Assembly: GCA_964549505.1 (NCBI GenBank) | Contig: CAZJVD010000004.1 | Coordinates: forward strand, 102,545 to 166,544 | From: an uncultured Oligoflexia bacterium | GTDB taxonomy: Bacteria; Bdellovibrionota; UBA1018; CAZJVD01 | DNA length: 64,000 nt | Direction of reading: 5' to 3' | In this document: positions 19,955 through 28,331 of the stretch, piece after piece | Layout of the letters: every line of letters begins with the position of its first letter | How positions within the stretch are numbered: the first letter of the stretch is position 1 | Notes under the pieces: model-generated | What the model was told of the DNA's origin: nothing | What the model saw: the letters and a program-made list of their open reading frames with translations, nothing else | Database searches by the model: none | Made by a program: the position numbers and the translations under genes

Positions 19955-21910
19955 GAGCTCGCGACCGGCCACAAGATCTTTGACGGCGCTCGGGTCTGCA
20001 AGGGTCGAGATATCTCCAAGACTATCGAGTTCGTTCGAGGCAATCTTGCGCAGAATTCTACGCATGATTTTACCGGAGCGTGTTTTCGGAAGAGCCGACG
20101 CCCACTGGATCACGTCCGGCGCTGCGATCGGACCGATCAGTTTGCGTACCCATAGAACGAGGTCACGCTTGAGTGCATCGCTCGGTGTCTGCCCTGTTTT
20201 GAGTGTCACGAAAACGTAGATCCCCTGGCCTTTGAGATCGTGCGGAAAACCCACGGCCGCAGCTTCAGCGACGACAGGATTTTCAACGAGTGCGCTTTCG
20301 ATCTCAGCCGTTCCGATACGATGACCGGAAACATTGATGACGTCGTCAATGCGACCGGTGATCCAGTAATACCCGTCTTCGTCGCGACGACAGCCATCAC
20401 CTGTAAAATAAGTTCCCGGAAACTGGGAAAAATACGTCGTGAAGAAACGCTGATGATCGCCGTAAACCGTTCGCATTTGGCCCGGCCACGAGTGCGTGAG
20501 GACAAGACTGCCCTCGCAAGGACCTTCGAGAGTCTTGCCGGCCGTATCAACGACCGCGGGACGAACGCCAAAGAAAGGTCGTGTGGCCGATCCGGGTTTG
20601 AGCGGAGTCGCACCGGGAAGTGGGCTGATCATGATCCCGCCCGTTTCGGTCTGCCACCACGTATCGACGATCGGACACCGCTCTTCACCCACGTTCTCGT
20701 AATACCAGTTCCAAGCTTCGGGATTGATCGGTTCGCCGACACTTCCTAAGATGCGCAGGCTTTTTCGTGAACTGCTTTTCACAAAGCTCTCGCCCTCTTT
20801 CATCAGGGCGCGAATCGCAGTGGGTGCGGTGTAGTAGATCGTCACGCCGTACTTATCGACCATCTGCCAGTGCCGCGAGGGATCCGGAAAGTTTGGAACG
20901 CCTTCAAAGATCACGCTGGTCGCACCATTGGCGAGTGGCCCGTAGACGACGTAGGAATGGCCCGTGACCCAGCCGACATCGGCCGTGCACCAGTAGATAT
21001 CGTCACGCTGAAGATCAAAAACATACTCGTGCGTGATCGAGGCATAGAGCAGGTACCCCGCTGTCGTGTGTAAGACCCCCTTTGGTTTTCCTGTCGAACC
21101 CGACGTATACAGAATGAAAAGCGGGTCCTCGGCGTCCATGACCTCAGGCGGACAGTCGGCCGAAACTTCGGCACACTCGTCGTGGTACCAGAGATCGCGT
21201 CCGGCTTTCCACGGAATCTCGGCGCCCGTACGTCGCACGACTAAGACACTCTTGATGGTCGGACAGCTTGCAAGAGCTTCGTCGACACTTTGTTTCAGGG
21301 GAATGGTCTTTCCACCCCGCAGACCTTCATCGGCTGTGATTAGAAAGGAGCTTTGGCAATCGCCGATGCGGCCGGACAGAGACGTCGCCGAAAAACCCGC
21401 AAACACGACCGAATGAACAGCGCCGATACGCGCGCAAGCCAACATGGCAAACGCCGCCTCCGGAATCATCGGCAAGTAGATCGTCACGCGATCGCCTTTT
21501 CCGACGCCGTGCTTTTTGAGAACATTGGCGAGCCTGTTTACGTGCTCGAGCGTCTCACGGTAGCTGATCGCACGACTGGGTTCGGTCGGCTGGTCCGGCT
21601 CCCAGAGAAACGCGATTTTCTCCGGAGTCGTGGCCACATGTCGATCGAGACAGTTCACGGTCACATTGAGCTTGCCACCCTCAAACCATCGGATTGAAAT
21701 GTCGTCTTTGAAACTCGTGTTGGAAACACGCTTCCACTTCGAAAACCACTCGAGCCGAGACGCCCGCTCACCCCAAAAGGCGTCGGGATTTTCTACGGAC
21801 TGTTTGTAAAGACGCTCGTAGGTCTGCGCCGTGATCGCGGTTCGCGCCAGAATCGAATCGGGTACCGGCACCGGTACAGGATACTTGCGAGGAATCGTGT
21901 TCTCAGTCAT
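19940..21910 (-). CDS. acs: Acetyl-coenzyme A synthetase
   Basis: '[11 protein letters not shown]' AMP-binding motif, 'WWQTETGG' and a C-terminal 'SGKIMRR'. The start was trimmed to 'MTENTIP'. The start overlaps the dps stop (ATGA). Confidence 0.92.
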   Translation of the reverse strand: MTENTIPRKYPVPVPVPDSILARTAITAQTYERLYKQSVENPDAFWGERASRLEWFSKWKRVSNTSFKDDISIRWFEGGKLNVTVNCLDRHVATTPEKIAFLWEPDQPTEPSRAISYRETLEHVNRLANVLKKHGVGKGDRVTIYLPMIPEAAFAMLACARIGAVHSVVFAGFSATSLSGRIGDCQSSFLITADEGLRGGKTIPLKQSVDEALASCPTIKSVLVVRRTGAEIPWKAGRDLWYHDECAEVSADCPPEVMDAEDPLFILYTSGSTGKPKGVLHTTAGYLLYASITHEYVFDLQRDDIYWCTADVGWVTGHSYVVYGPLANGATSVIFEGVPNFPDPSRHWQMVDKYGVTIYYTAPTAIRALMKEGESFVKSSSRKSLRILGSVGEPINPEAWNWYYENVGEERCPIVDTWWQTETGGIMISPLPGATPLKPGSATRPFFGVRPAVVDTAGKTLEGPCEGSLVLTHSWPGQMRTVYGDHQRFFTTYFSQFPGTYFTGDGCRRDEDGYYWITGRIDDVINVSGHRIGTAEIESALVENPVVAEAAAVGFPHDLKGQGIYVFVTLKTGQTPSDALKRDLVLWVRKLIGPIAAPDVIQWASALPKTRSGKIMRRILRKIASNELDSLGDISTLADPSAVKDLVAGRELLSSR

Positions 21911-22379
21911 CGAGCAAACTGCGGAGCATCCAGGCGGTCTTTTCATGCAGCTGAATGCGTTGTGTGAGCAGATCGGCGGACGCTTCGTCGGAAGCCTTTT
22001 CAACCGACGAGAACGCGGCTCGCGCTGTACGAACCACGGTCTCCTGCCCTTGAACGAGTTCGCGGATCATATCGCGTGCAGCAGGAACACCCTTGGGTTC
22101 CGGGATCGACGTGAGCTTTTGAAACTCACTGTAAGTCGCCGGAGCAGGGAAGCCCAATGCGCGGATGCGCTCTGCCACCAAATCGACTGCCGTCGCAAGT
22201 TCGGTGTACTGAGTTTCAAACATCAAATGCAACGTCTGAAACATCGGACCTGTGACGTTCCAGTGAAAGTTGTGCGTCTTGAGGTAGAGCGTGTACGAAT
22301 CGGCAAGAACACGCGAGAGATGATCGGCGATGATCTTTCGGTCGGACTCCGGAATTCCAATATCAATCTGAGGTTTCAT
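21903..22379 (-). CDS. dps: Dps (DNA protection during starvation) ferritin-like protein
   Basis: 158 aa. '[25 protein letters not shown]' is the Dps ferroxidase-site region. Confidence 0.88.
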   Translation of the reverse strand: MKPQIDIGIPESDRKIIADHLSRVLADSYTLYLKTHNFHWNVTGPMFQTLHLMFETQYTELATAVDLVAERIRALGFPAPATYSEFQKLTSIPEPKGVPAARDMIRELVQGQETVVRTARAAFSSVEKASDEASADLLTQRIQLHEKTAWMLRSLLDD

Positions 22380-22405
22380 GGTGGCTCCTTTTTTGGTGCG
22401 GCTAC

Positions 22406-22933
22406 TTAGCCTATAGCAAGTGCTTGTGCAGCTGCGTTTATCACGGAAGCGATGCGAACAGAAGACTGAGCTCCCTCATTCGAGAGTCCTGCCTTTCTCA
22501 CTTCGGCGATATGAGAGTTAACACACATCCCGCAGCCCGCGATCGCTGATACCGCAAGACAAAAGAGCTCAAAATCGACTTTTGGAATACCGGGCTTACC
22601 AATCACGTTCATTCTGAGCCGCGCCGGCATCTTGGAGAACTCCTTGTCATCGCTTAGGTGCAGGAAGCGATAGTAAACATTGTTCATTGCCATAATCGTC
22701 GCAGCGCCTTTGGCCGCCTCCACATACTCCGGGGAGAGTATCTCGACAGCATCCCCTTCGACGGCGTCGATCAAAGCTTTTGATCGTGTGGCATACGCAC
22801 ATGAAAGCGCCGTACCCCAGATCTGGATTCGGTTCAGTCCTGGAGCACCTTCCTCGGACAACACTGCCTCGAAATTGAGCCGAGTGTCGCGAGCGTAGTC
22901 TTTTAATCCGTTTTTAAGCTCGAGCGTTTTCAT
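22406..22933 (-). CDS. ahpD: Alkylhydroperoxidase AhpD-family protein
   Basis: 'GCGMCVNSH' (the CxxxxH/CxxC AhpD core) in the carboxymuconolactone decarboxylase fold. It lies immediately downstream of ahpC. Confidence 0.85.
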   Translation of the reverse strand: MKTLELKNGLKDYARDTRLNFEAVLSEEGAPGLNRIQIWGTALSCAYATRSKALIDAVEGDAVEILSPEYVEAAKGAATIMAMNNVYYRFLHLSDDKEFSKMPARLRMNVIGKPGIPKVDFELFCLAVSAIAGCGMCVNSHIAEVRKAGLSNEGAQSSVRIASVINAAAQALAIG

Positions 22934-22954
22934 GTGCGTTCTCCCTATTAACTA

Positions 22955-23494
22955 CTAGCCGACCTTGATCGTGGGTTGGCCCTTTTCCCAGTTACAGGGA
23001 CAGAGCTCGTCCGACTGAAGGCCGTCTAAGATTCTCAGAACCTCTTTGGGGTTACGTCCCACACTCAGGTCTGTGACGTACACAAACCGAATGATGCCAT
23101 CCGGATCGACAATGAACGTGGCTCGTTGAGAAACACCTTCCTGTTCGTCGATGATTCCTAACGCCATCGAGAGTTCTCGTTTGACGTCAGCAAGCATTGG
23201 AAAGGGAAGGTTGTTCAGGTCCTTGTGATTTTGGCGCCAAGCCAAGTGGACAAACTCGGAATCCACGCTTGCGGTTAAAACCTGTGCGTCTCGGTCTTTG
23301 AACTGGCCGTTCAGATCTCCGAAGCCCTTGATCTCTGTCGGACAGACGAATGTAAAGTCTTTGGGATAAAAGAAAACGACTAACCACTTACCTTTGTAGG
23401 TCGTGTTGTCGATCTCTTTGAACGCCGTTTTCTGATCGTTCGATACCGTGGCCTTTAACTTAAACTGAGGAAACTTCTTACCTACACTGAGCAT
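22955..23494 (-). CDS. ahpC: Peroxiredoxin AhpC/Prx (2-Cys)
   Basis: 'FYPKDFTFVCPTEI' peroxidatic Cys motif and a resolving Cys near the C-terminus, 'LCPCNW'. Confidence 0.9.
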   Translation of the reverse strand: MLSVGKKFPQFKLKATVSNDQKTAFKEIDNTTYKGKWLVVFFYPKDFTFVCPTEIKGFGDLNGQFKDRDAQVLTASVDSEFVHLAWRQNHKDLNNLPFPMLADVKRELSMALGIIDEQEGVSQRATFIVDPDGIIRFVYVTDLSVGRNPKEVLRILDGLQSDELCPCNWEKGQPTIKVG

Positions 23495-23584
23495 GGTCTT
23501 TTTCTCCTTTGTGCTGAAGACAGTATCGCCGGATTAGAGTCATATGTGAAATATATCGTTTTTATGATATGATAGTTTAAAGCT
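23495..23584. promoter_or_regulatory. Divergent oxyR/ahpC promoter region with probable OxyR operator
   Basis: 90-bp AT-rich intergenic region between divergent ahpC and a LysR/OxyR gene, carrying repeated ATGATAT/ATAG elements. The function is inferred from the gene arrangement. Confidence 0.4.
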
Positions 23585-24538
23585 ATGGCAACAGTCACGC
23601 AGCTCGAGTACATTGTCGCGGTCGATCGGTTTCGGCACTTCGCCCGGGCCGCGGAACACTGCCATGTCTCTCAGCCAAGCCTGAGTATGCAGATCCAGAA
23701 GGTCGAAGACGAGATTGGCGGACCGATTTTTGATCGAACCAAAAAGCCGATTTTACCGACCGATCAGGGTGCGCGTTTCATCGAACAAGCCAAGGTCGTT
23801 CTTAGGGAGCATCGCCGTCTGATCGAAGCCGCAAAGACGGGTCTTGCCGAAGTCAGTGGGCATTTTCGATTGGGAGTGATTCCGACGCTCGCTCCGTATC
23901 TTCTGCCGCTCTTTTTAGACGACTTTGCAAAGCGGTATCCCAAAGTCAGTGTTCACATCGAAGAACTCAATACCGAGACGATCGTTGGTGAGCTTTCCAA
24001 CGACCGGCTGGACGGCGGTTTGCTTGCGACGCCCTTGTCGGAGACTCGCCTGAAAGAGGAAGCTCTCTTCTATGAACCCTTTTTCGTCTATCTGCCACCG
24101 GATCATCCGCTCACGAAGAAAAAGTACATCGCAGAAGACGATCTTGATGGCTCGGAGATGTGGCTCCTTGAAGACGGACACTGTTTGCGCAATCAAGTCG
24201 TTCGCGTTTGCTCGCTGAGTAAAGGCAAAGACGTTTACAAGAACATTCACTTCGAGGGCGGGAACCTCGAAACGCTTCGGTATCTCATCCAACAGGGTAG
24301 AGGCTACACCGTCGTGCCGTATCTCTTTGCAACTCATCTCGGTGGGACCGAACGCGCGCGTTGCATTCGGCCGTTTCACGATCCGGTCCCGACTCGAGAG
24401 ATCAGTCTTGTGTACCATCGCGATCAGTGGAAGGCGCCGATTCTTCGAGCGATCGCCGAGTGTGTGAGAAAGCATGTGCCGCCCGAGCTTTTAGAGCGCG
24501 GAGATCGGAAGTCGCAAGCCGTAGTCAAGGTCAGCTGA
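23585..24538 (+). CDS. oxyR: LysR-family transcriptional regulator, OxyR-like
   Basis: N-terminal HTH 'TQLEYIVAVDRFRHFARAAEHCHVSQPSLSMQIQKVE'. Cys residues in the regulatory domain ('GHCLRN') fit redox sensing. Divergent from ahpCD. Confidence 0.75.
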   Translation: MATVTQLEYIVAVDRFRHFARAAEHCHVSQPSLSMQIQKVEDEIGGPIFDRTKKPILPTDQGARFIEQAKVVLREHRRLIEAAKTGLAEVSGHFRLGVIPTLAPYLLPLFLDDFAKRYPKVSVHIEELNTETIVGELSNDRLDGGLLATPLSETRLKEEALFYEPFFVYLPPDHPLTKKKYIAEDDLDGSEMWLLEDGHCLRNQVVRVCSLSKGKDVYKNIHFEGGNLETLRYLIQQGRGYTVVPYLFATHLGGTERARCIRPFHDPVPTREISLVYHRDQWKAPILRAIAECVRKHVPPELLERGDRKSQAVVKVS

Positions 24539-24598
24539 CGGCGGGTTTAATGTCATCCCCATGTTTACTCAGCACGCTTCGCATGCGACGCTAGGCCC

Positions 24599-25498
24599 AT
24601 GTCTCAGTTCGGTCATCTTCTCGGGCCACTATCGGCCATCGCTTCGGCGTTCACATGGGCGCTTGCGATTCAGTATTACGCGAAAGCTGCTGATCGTTAC
24701 TCGCCATTTGCCGTCAATTTTTTTCGAGCCCTGTTTGCTCTCGTTTTCTACTTTGTCGGGATTTTCTTTGTAACGGACGCATGGGACGGTCTCAACGCAC
24801 ACAACATCACGTGGTTGGGTCTGGCCATGGTCGGCAGTTATGGATTTGGTGACTCCGTTTTCTTTTGGGCGACTCGGTCTCTGGGTGTGACGTTGCCGTT
24901 AGCAGTCGCTTCGATCTATCCGATTTGGGCCGCACTGGGAGGTTGGATTTTTCAGGGGCAGATACTCACGACGCCGCAGCAGCTGGGGCTCTTGGTGACG
25001 GTGGTGTCTACGGTTCTTGTCATCTTAGCGGGACGTTCTGAAGTAGGCGAGGGACAACGAAAAAAGTTTGCACTCGGTATTCTGCTGTCCATCATGGTTT
25101 CGGTGTTTTGGTCGCTCAACAGTTATGGTGTCAGCGTGGGTGGCCAAGGTGTTCATCTGTTTACGGCAAATCTTGTGAGGATGATCGCAGCCGTTGTGCT
25201 GACGAGTGCGCTCCACGGTATTATTCGTGTGCAGAAACCGTTTCTGATGCCGATGCGCGATCTAAAGCCCTTAGTTTGGGTTTTTGTGATGGAGTCCATC
25301 GGAGGATCGCTACTTTACTTGTACGGTCTCACGCACAGTCCGATTGCTGTTGGATCCGCGCTTTCGTCGCTCTCACCGGTTATGGCTGTTCCTTTGGCGT
25401 GGGCCTTTCGGCGTGAACGTGTGAGTCCCTTAAAGGCGATGGGGATCGTCGGCGTCGTTATAGGGGTGGTGCTTTTGGTGGCCGGAAAAGATCTATAA
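24599..25498 (+). CDS. DMT-superfamily (EamA-like) transporter
   Basis: 299 aa, about 10 TM helices in a duplicated EamA-like arrangement. Confidence 0.6.
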   Translation: MSQFGHLLGPLSAIASAFTWALAIQYYAKAADRYSPFAVNFFRALFALVFYFVGIFFVTDAWDGLNAHNITWLGLAMVGSYGFGDSVFFWATRSLGVTLPLAVASIYPIWAALGGWIFQGQILTTPQQLGLLVTVVSTVLVILAGRSEVGEGQRKKFALGILLSIMVSVFWSLNSYGVSVGGQGVHLFTANLVRMIAAVVLTSALHGIIRVQKPFLMPMRDLKPLVWVFVMESIGGSLLYLYGLTHSPIAVGSALSSLSPVMAVPLAWAFRRERVSPLKAMGIVGVVIGVVLLVAGKDL

Positions 25499-25525
25499 TC
25501 CCTTTCTATCCGATAATGACATATT

Positions 25526-26278
25526 GTGTTATGCCCTTCTGCGATGCCTGGTGAAATCACCCTTATTCCAACCCCTCTGGCTGACGATCTTCCCCTCGAT
25601 CCTACGGCCCAGCGCTGTCTTGCGGGACTTGCATCGGCCGAAAAAAAGCCGCTTCTCTTAGTTGAGAACGCCAAAACGGCGCGTGCCCGTTTTGCACAGT
25701 GGGGACTCGGACGCGACTTGTTTGAACAGATGACGGAGTTCCATGAGCAGAACGAAGCGGGATTGCTCGATGAGGTCCTCTCGGCGGTGAAGTCGGGCCA
25801 GTCCGCTTTTCTTCTTAGTGACGGCGGTCTTCCTGGATTTTGTGATCCTGGTACGCGCCTCGTGAGTCGCGCTCATGAGAATCGCTTGCGCGTTCGGTGC
25901 CTGCCTGTTGCTAATGCTGTCGCTGCTGCGATGGCGCTTTCGGGTTTTGTTTCGGTGGGTGGAGGCTATATTTTTCAGGGCTTTCCTCCGGCGGCAAACG
26001 AAGAACGGGCAGCTTTTTTGCGCCGTCTTTCGAACTCGACGATTTTTCTCCCGCAGTTTTTGATGGACACGCCCTATCGCTTGGGTGCCGTTCTTGAAGA
26101 CGTCACACAGTTCTTTGACGAACGCTGGCGGGTACTTGTGGCCGCAGATCTTTTCACGCCACGGGAATGGGTGATTCGTGATCGTGCGAGTGTGGTGGCT
26201 TCCGAGTGGAAGGCGCGCGTCGCAAAGGATCCAACAGAAAAGAAGAAAGAGTTTGTTCTTGGACTCTGTCGTTTTTAG
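25526..26278 (+). CDS. Tetrapyrrole-methylase-fold SAM-dependent methyltransferase (RsmI-like)
   Basis: 'ITLIPTPLADDL' resembles the RsmI N-terminal 'LYVVATPIGNL' block. The size fits. Confidence 0.45.
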   Translation: MLCPSAMPGEITLIPTPLADDLPLDPTAQRCLAGLASAEKKPLLLVENAKTARARFAQWGLGRDLFEQMTEFHEQNEAGLLDEVLSAVKSGQSAFLLSDGGLPGFCDPGTRLVSRAHENRLRVRCLPVANAVAAAMALSGFVSVGGGYIFQGFPPAANEERAAFLRRLSNSTIFLPQFLMDTPYRLGAVLEDVTQFFDERWRVLVAADLFTPREWVIRDRASVVASEWKARVAKDPTEKKKEFVLGLCRF

Positions 26279-26978
26279 TAACGAAGATTTTATTGTTTTC
26301 GATAAGCCAGCGGGTTGGCTTTCGGTTCCTTCGATTCGAGGGGTGAACGACCCACGACCTGTCCTGGGACTTTTCCTCGAAAAGAGTTTGGGTTGTCGTG
26401 TTTATCCCGTCCATCGGGTGGATGTTTTGGTTTCAGGTCTCGTTCTTTTTGCACGGAATTCTGATGCCCAGGCTGCGGCTCATCAGTGGTGGGAGAGCGG
26501 TCAGGTCAAGAAGACCTATTGGGCGCGGACGACTTGGCCGATTGATTATGAACCAGCCGAAACGGTTTTTGAGGACCGCCTTGTCATGGGAAAGCGGCGA
26601 TCGTTTCGCGCCATCTACGGAAAACAATCTGTCACGCATGCAAAGATCCATGCGCGCGATGAGAGTGCGCGAACTGTGGACTGGACGTTAGAACCGGCTT
26701 CGGGTCGACGGCATCAGCTTCGCGTGCAGCTGGCGCTTCGTGGTTATCCGATCGTAGGCGACGAACTGTATGGCTCGAAACTCGCTTGGGAGGAGTCGAA
26801 CGGAATTGCTTTACGTGCGACGACACTCGATTTTTCAAAAATACCGGTGACGGAACGCCGTGGGTTGCCGGAACGCATCAGCGTTCCTCAGAACGAGAAA
26901 TCCATATTGACGGCTGGTTTTCCGTCGCGACCACCTTCTGAGAAAAACTCACCGGTGTCGACCGGCGCGGTTCCTTGA
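26253..26978 (+). CDS. RluA-family pseudouridine synthase
   Basis: 'VHRVDVLVSGLVLFAR' (HRLD-type catalytic Asp motif) and 'FDKPAGW'. The start is uncertain; a TTG near 26253 is assumed. Confidence 0.7.
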   Translation: MFLDSVVFSNEDFIVFDKPAGWLSVPSIRGVNDPRPVLGLFLEKSLGCRVYPVHRVDVLVSGLVLFARNSDAQAAAHQWWESGQVKKTYWARTTWPIDYEPAETVFEDRLVMGKRRSFRAIYGKQSVTHAKIHARDESARTVDWTLEPASGRRHQLRVQLALRGYPIVGDELYGSKLAWEESNGIALRATTLDFSKIPVTERRGLPERISVPQNEKSILTAGFPSRPPSEKNSPVSTGAVP

Positions 26979-27175
26979 GCGCCTTTTTTAATGGAATCCG
27001 CTTGGAGCGTGGCTCGCGGAACGACGATCTCGTAGCCCGAAGGCTGCTTGAGGGTCACAAAATCGCCGTCAAAATCCCAAATCGTGCCGTGCACTTCGAC
27101 GGTTTCGCCCATCGAACCGAACGCGCTCGCGTGGAGTAAAAAAAAGGAAAGTGTCACGAAGGTCGAACGTTTCAT
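26888..27175 (-). CDS. Small secreted hypothetical protein
   Basis: Start trimmed to 'MKRSTFVTLSFFLLHASAFG' (a signal peptide). It overlaps the convergent rluA 3' end by about 90 bp, which lowers confidence. Confidence 0.3.
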   Translation of the reverse strand: MKRSTFVTLSFFLLHASAFGSMGETVEVHGTIWDFDGDFVTLKQPSGYEIVVPRATLQADSIKKGAQGTAPVDTGEFFSEGGRDGKPAVNMDFSF

Positions 27176-27191
27176 GGTCTGTTCCCTTACG

Positions 27192-28283
27192 TTAGTTTCC
27201 TTTCCGAACTTTGGTCCCGGCAGGATGCTTGTGGTCATCGGGGGTTTTTTCGTGTCGCTTTTTTAAATCGGGCTGTGAATCTGCCTGCGAATCGGGTCGT
27301 GGAGTGAGCTGGGGCGGTCGACCTTCGTTGCTCATGAAGCGGACGCTTCGATCGCGCGCGAGGGATTCAGCGCTTGGACAAGAAGTACCGTCCTTGGAGG
27401 GACGTCCGACAACGGGCGATACGCCCGACTTTGCTCCGCGGTTTGTAAAGATCGTGAACCGTGCGTCGCCAACACAAGTCGCTCCTGACTTTGGGCTGAT
27501 GATCGATGGAGGGTCGAGATAGTCGACGTTGATGGATCCTTCTTTGTTGGTCTTCCCAGCTTTGCCGGCGTCGTCAGGCTGATTTCGGACACCTGCATGA
27601 CTGCTGTCGGACTGGAGCGGAAGCGCTTTGCCGAGACATTCTTCGACTCCGGGACAGGTGCGCTCATCGACCGGACGGCAGTAGACTGCCTCCTGAGATT
27701 TTCCGCACTTGAGATTCAAAACGCAGATTCGGTTCTTTGTTTCCTGATCGACAATCATGTCGACCGGAACGCGGGTTGACGAATCCAGAACGCATTCCTT
27801 AGCGTGCGCAGGTACGATTACGGAAAGCGACGCGAGCATCACAGTCCAAAACAGGGTGGTGAGTTTTATTGCGGGTGATCGACGCATGTGTTCCGAGAAC
27901 TCCTTCTCGATCAATGCTTTGATCTGATCGCGTGCAGCTCGAAAGCGCGCCAGACGTTCGGCTTCGCTGCGACCATGTGTGGGATCGGCGATTGGATGAT
28001 GAAGAAGATGAGGTGTTTTTATCGTGGTTGGACAGACCTGTTCATCGCAGAGTGTGACGACGTGATCAAAGCTTTCCCGATCGAAGCCGTCGACCGACTT
28101 GGAGGTTTGTCCACGTCCGTCGATGCCTATCTCTTCGAGCACGCGAAGTGCTAGAGGGTTGACATGCGAAGCAACGGCGCCGGCACTTTCAATCTCGACG
28201 GAGTCGTCGAGTAGGGCACGCGCTAGTCCTTCGGCCATTTGGCTTCGCGACGAATTTGCATAACAGAGGAAAAGAACCCGCAT
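27192..28283 (-). CDS. ArsC/low-molecular-weight phosphotyrosine phosphatase domain fused in frame to a signal-peptide-bearing Cys-rich domain
   Basis: N-terminal 'RVLFLCYANSSRSQMAEG' is the CX5R P-loop of LMW-PTP/thioredoxin-coupled ArsC. At residue 133 an internal Met opens 'MRRSPAIKLTTLFWTVMLASLSVIVPAHA', a canonical signal peptide, followed by a domain with 12 or more Cys. Confidence 0.6.
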   Translation of the reverse strand: MRVLFLCYANSSRSQMAEGLARALLDDSVEIESAGAVASHVNPLALRVLEEIGIDGRGQTSKSVDGFDRESFDHVVTLCDEQVCPTTIKTPHLLHHPIADPTHGRSEAERLARFRAARDQIKALIEKEFSEHMRRSPAIKLTTLFWTVMLASLSVIVPAHAKECVLDSSTRVPVDMIVDQETKNRICVLNLKCGKSQEAVYCRPVDERTCPGVEECLGKALPLQSDSSHAGVRNQPDDAGKAGKTNKEGSINVDYLDPPSIISPKSGATCVGDARFTIFTNRGAKSGVSPVVGRPSKDGTSCPSAESLARDRSVRFMSNEGRPPQLTPRPDSQADSQPDLKKRHEKTPDDHKHPAGTKVRKGN

Positions 28284-28331
28284 AGATAAGGTTCTAGTTT
28301 AATGCAGACTTTTCGAAAAGGCACGCCCCCG

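Noticed and set aside
20206-21697. Several 60-170-aa ORFs on both strands inside acs (for example 20240-20749, 21066-21416)
   Set aside because: They lie entirely within a well-supported acs reading frame. They are shadow ORFs typical of GC-rich DNA.
26178-26290. Extended N-terminus of the RluA ORF (from 26178) overlapping the upstream methyltransferase gene
   Set aside because: It overlaps the preceding CDS by about 100 bp in another frame. The conserved 'FDKPAGW' block starts only after 26290, so a later (uncertain) start was used.
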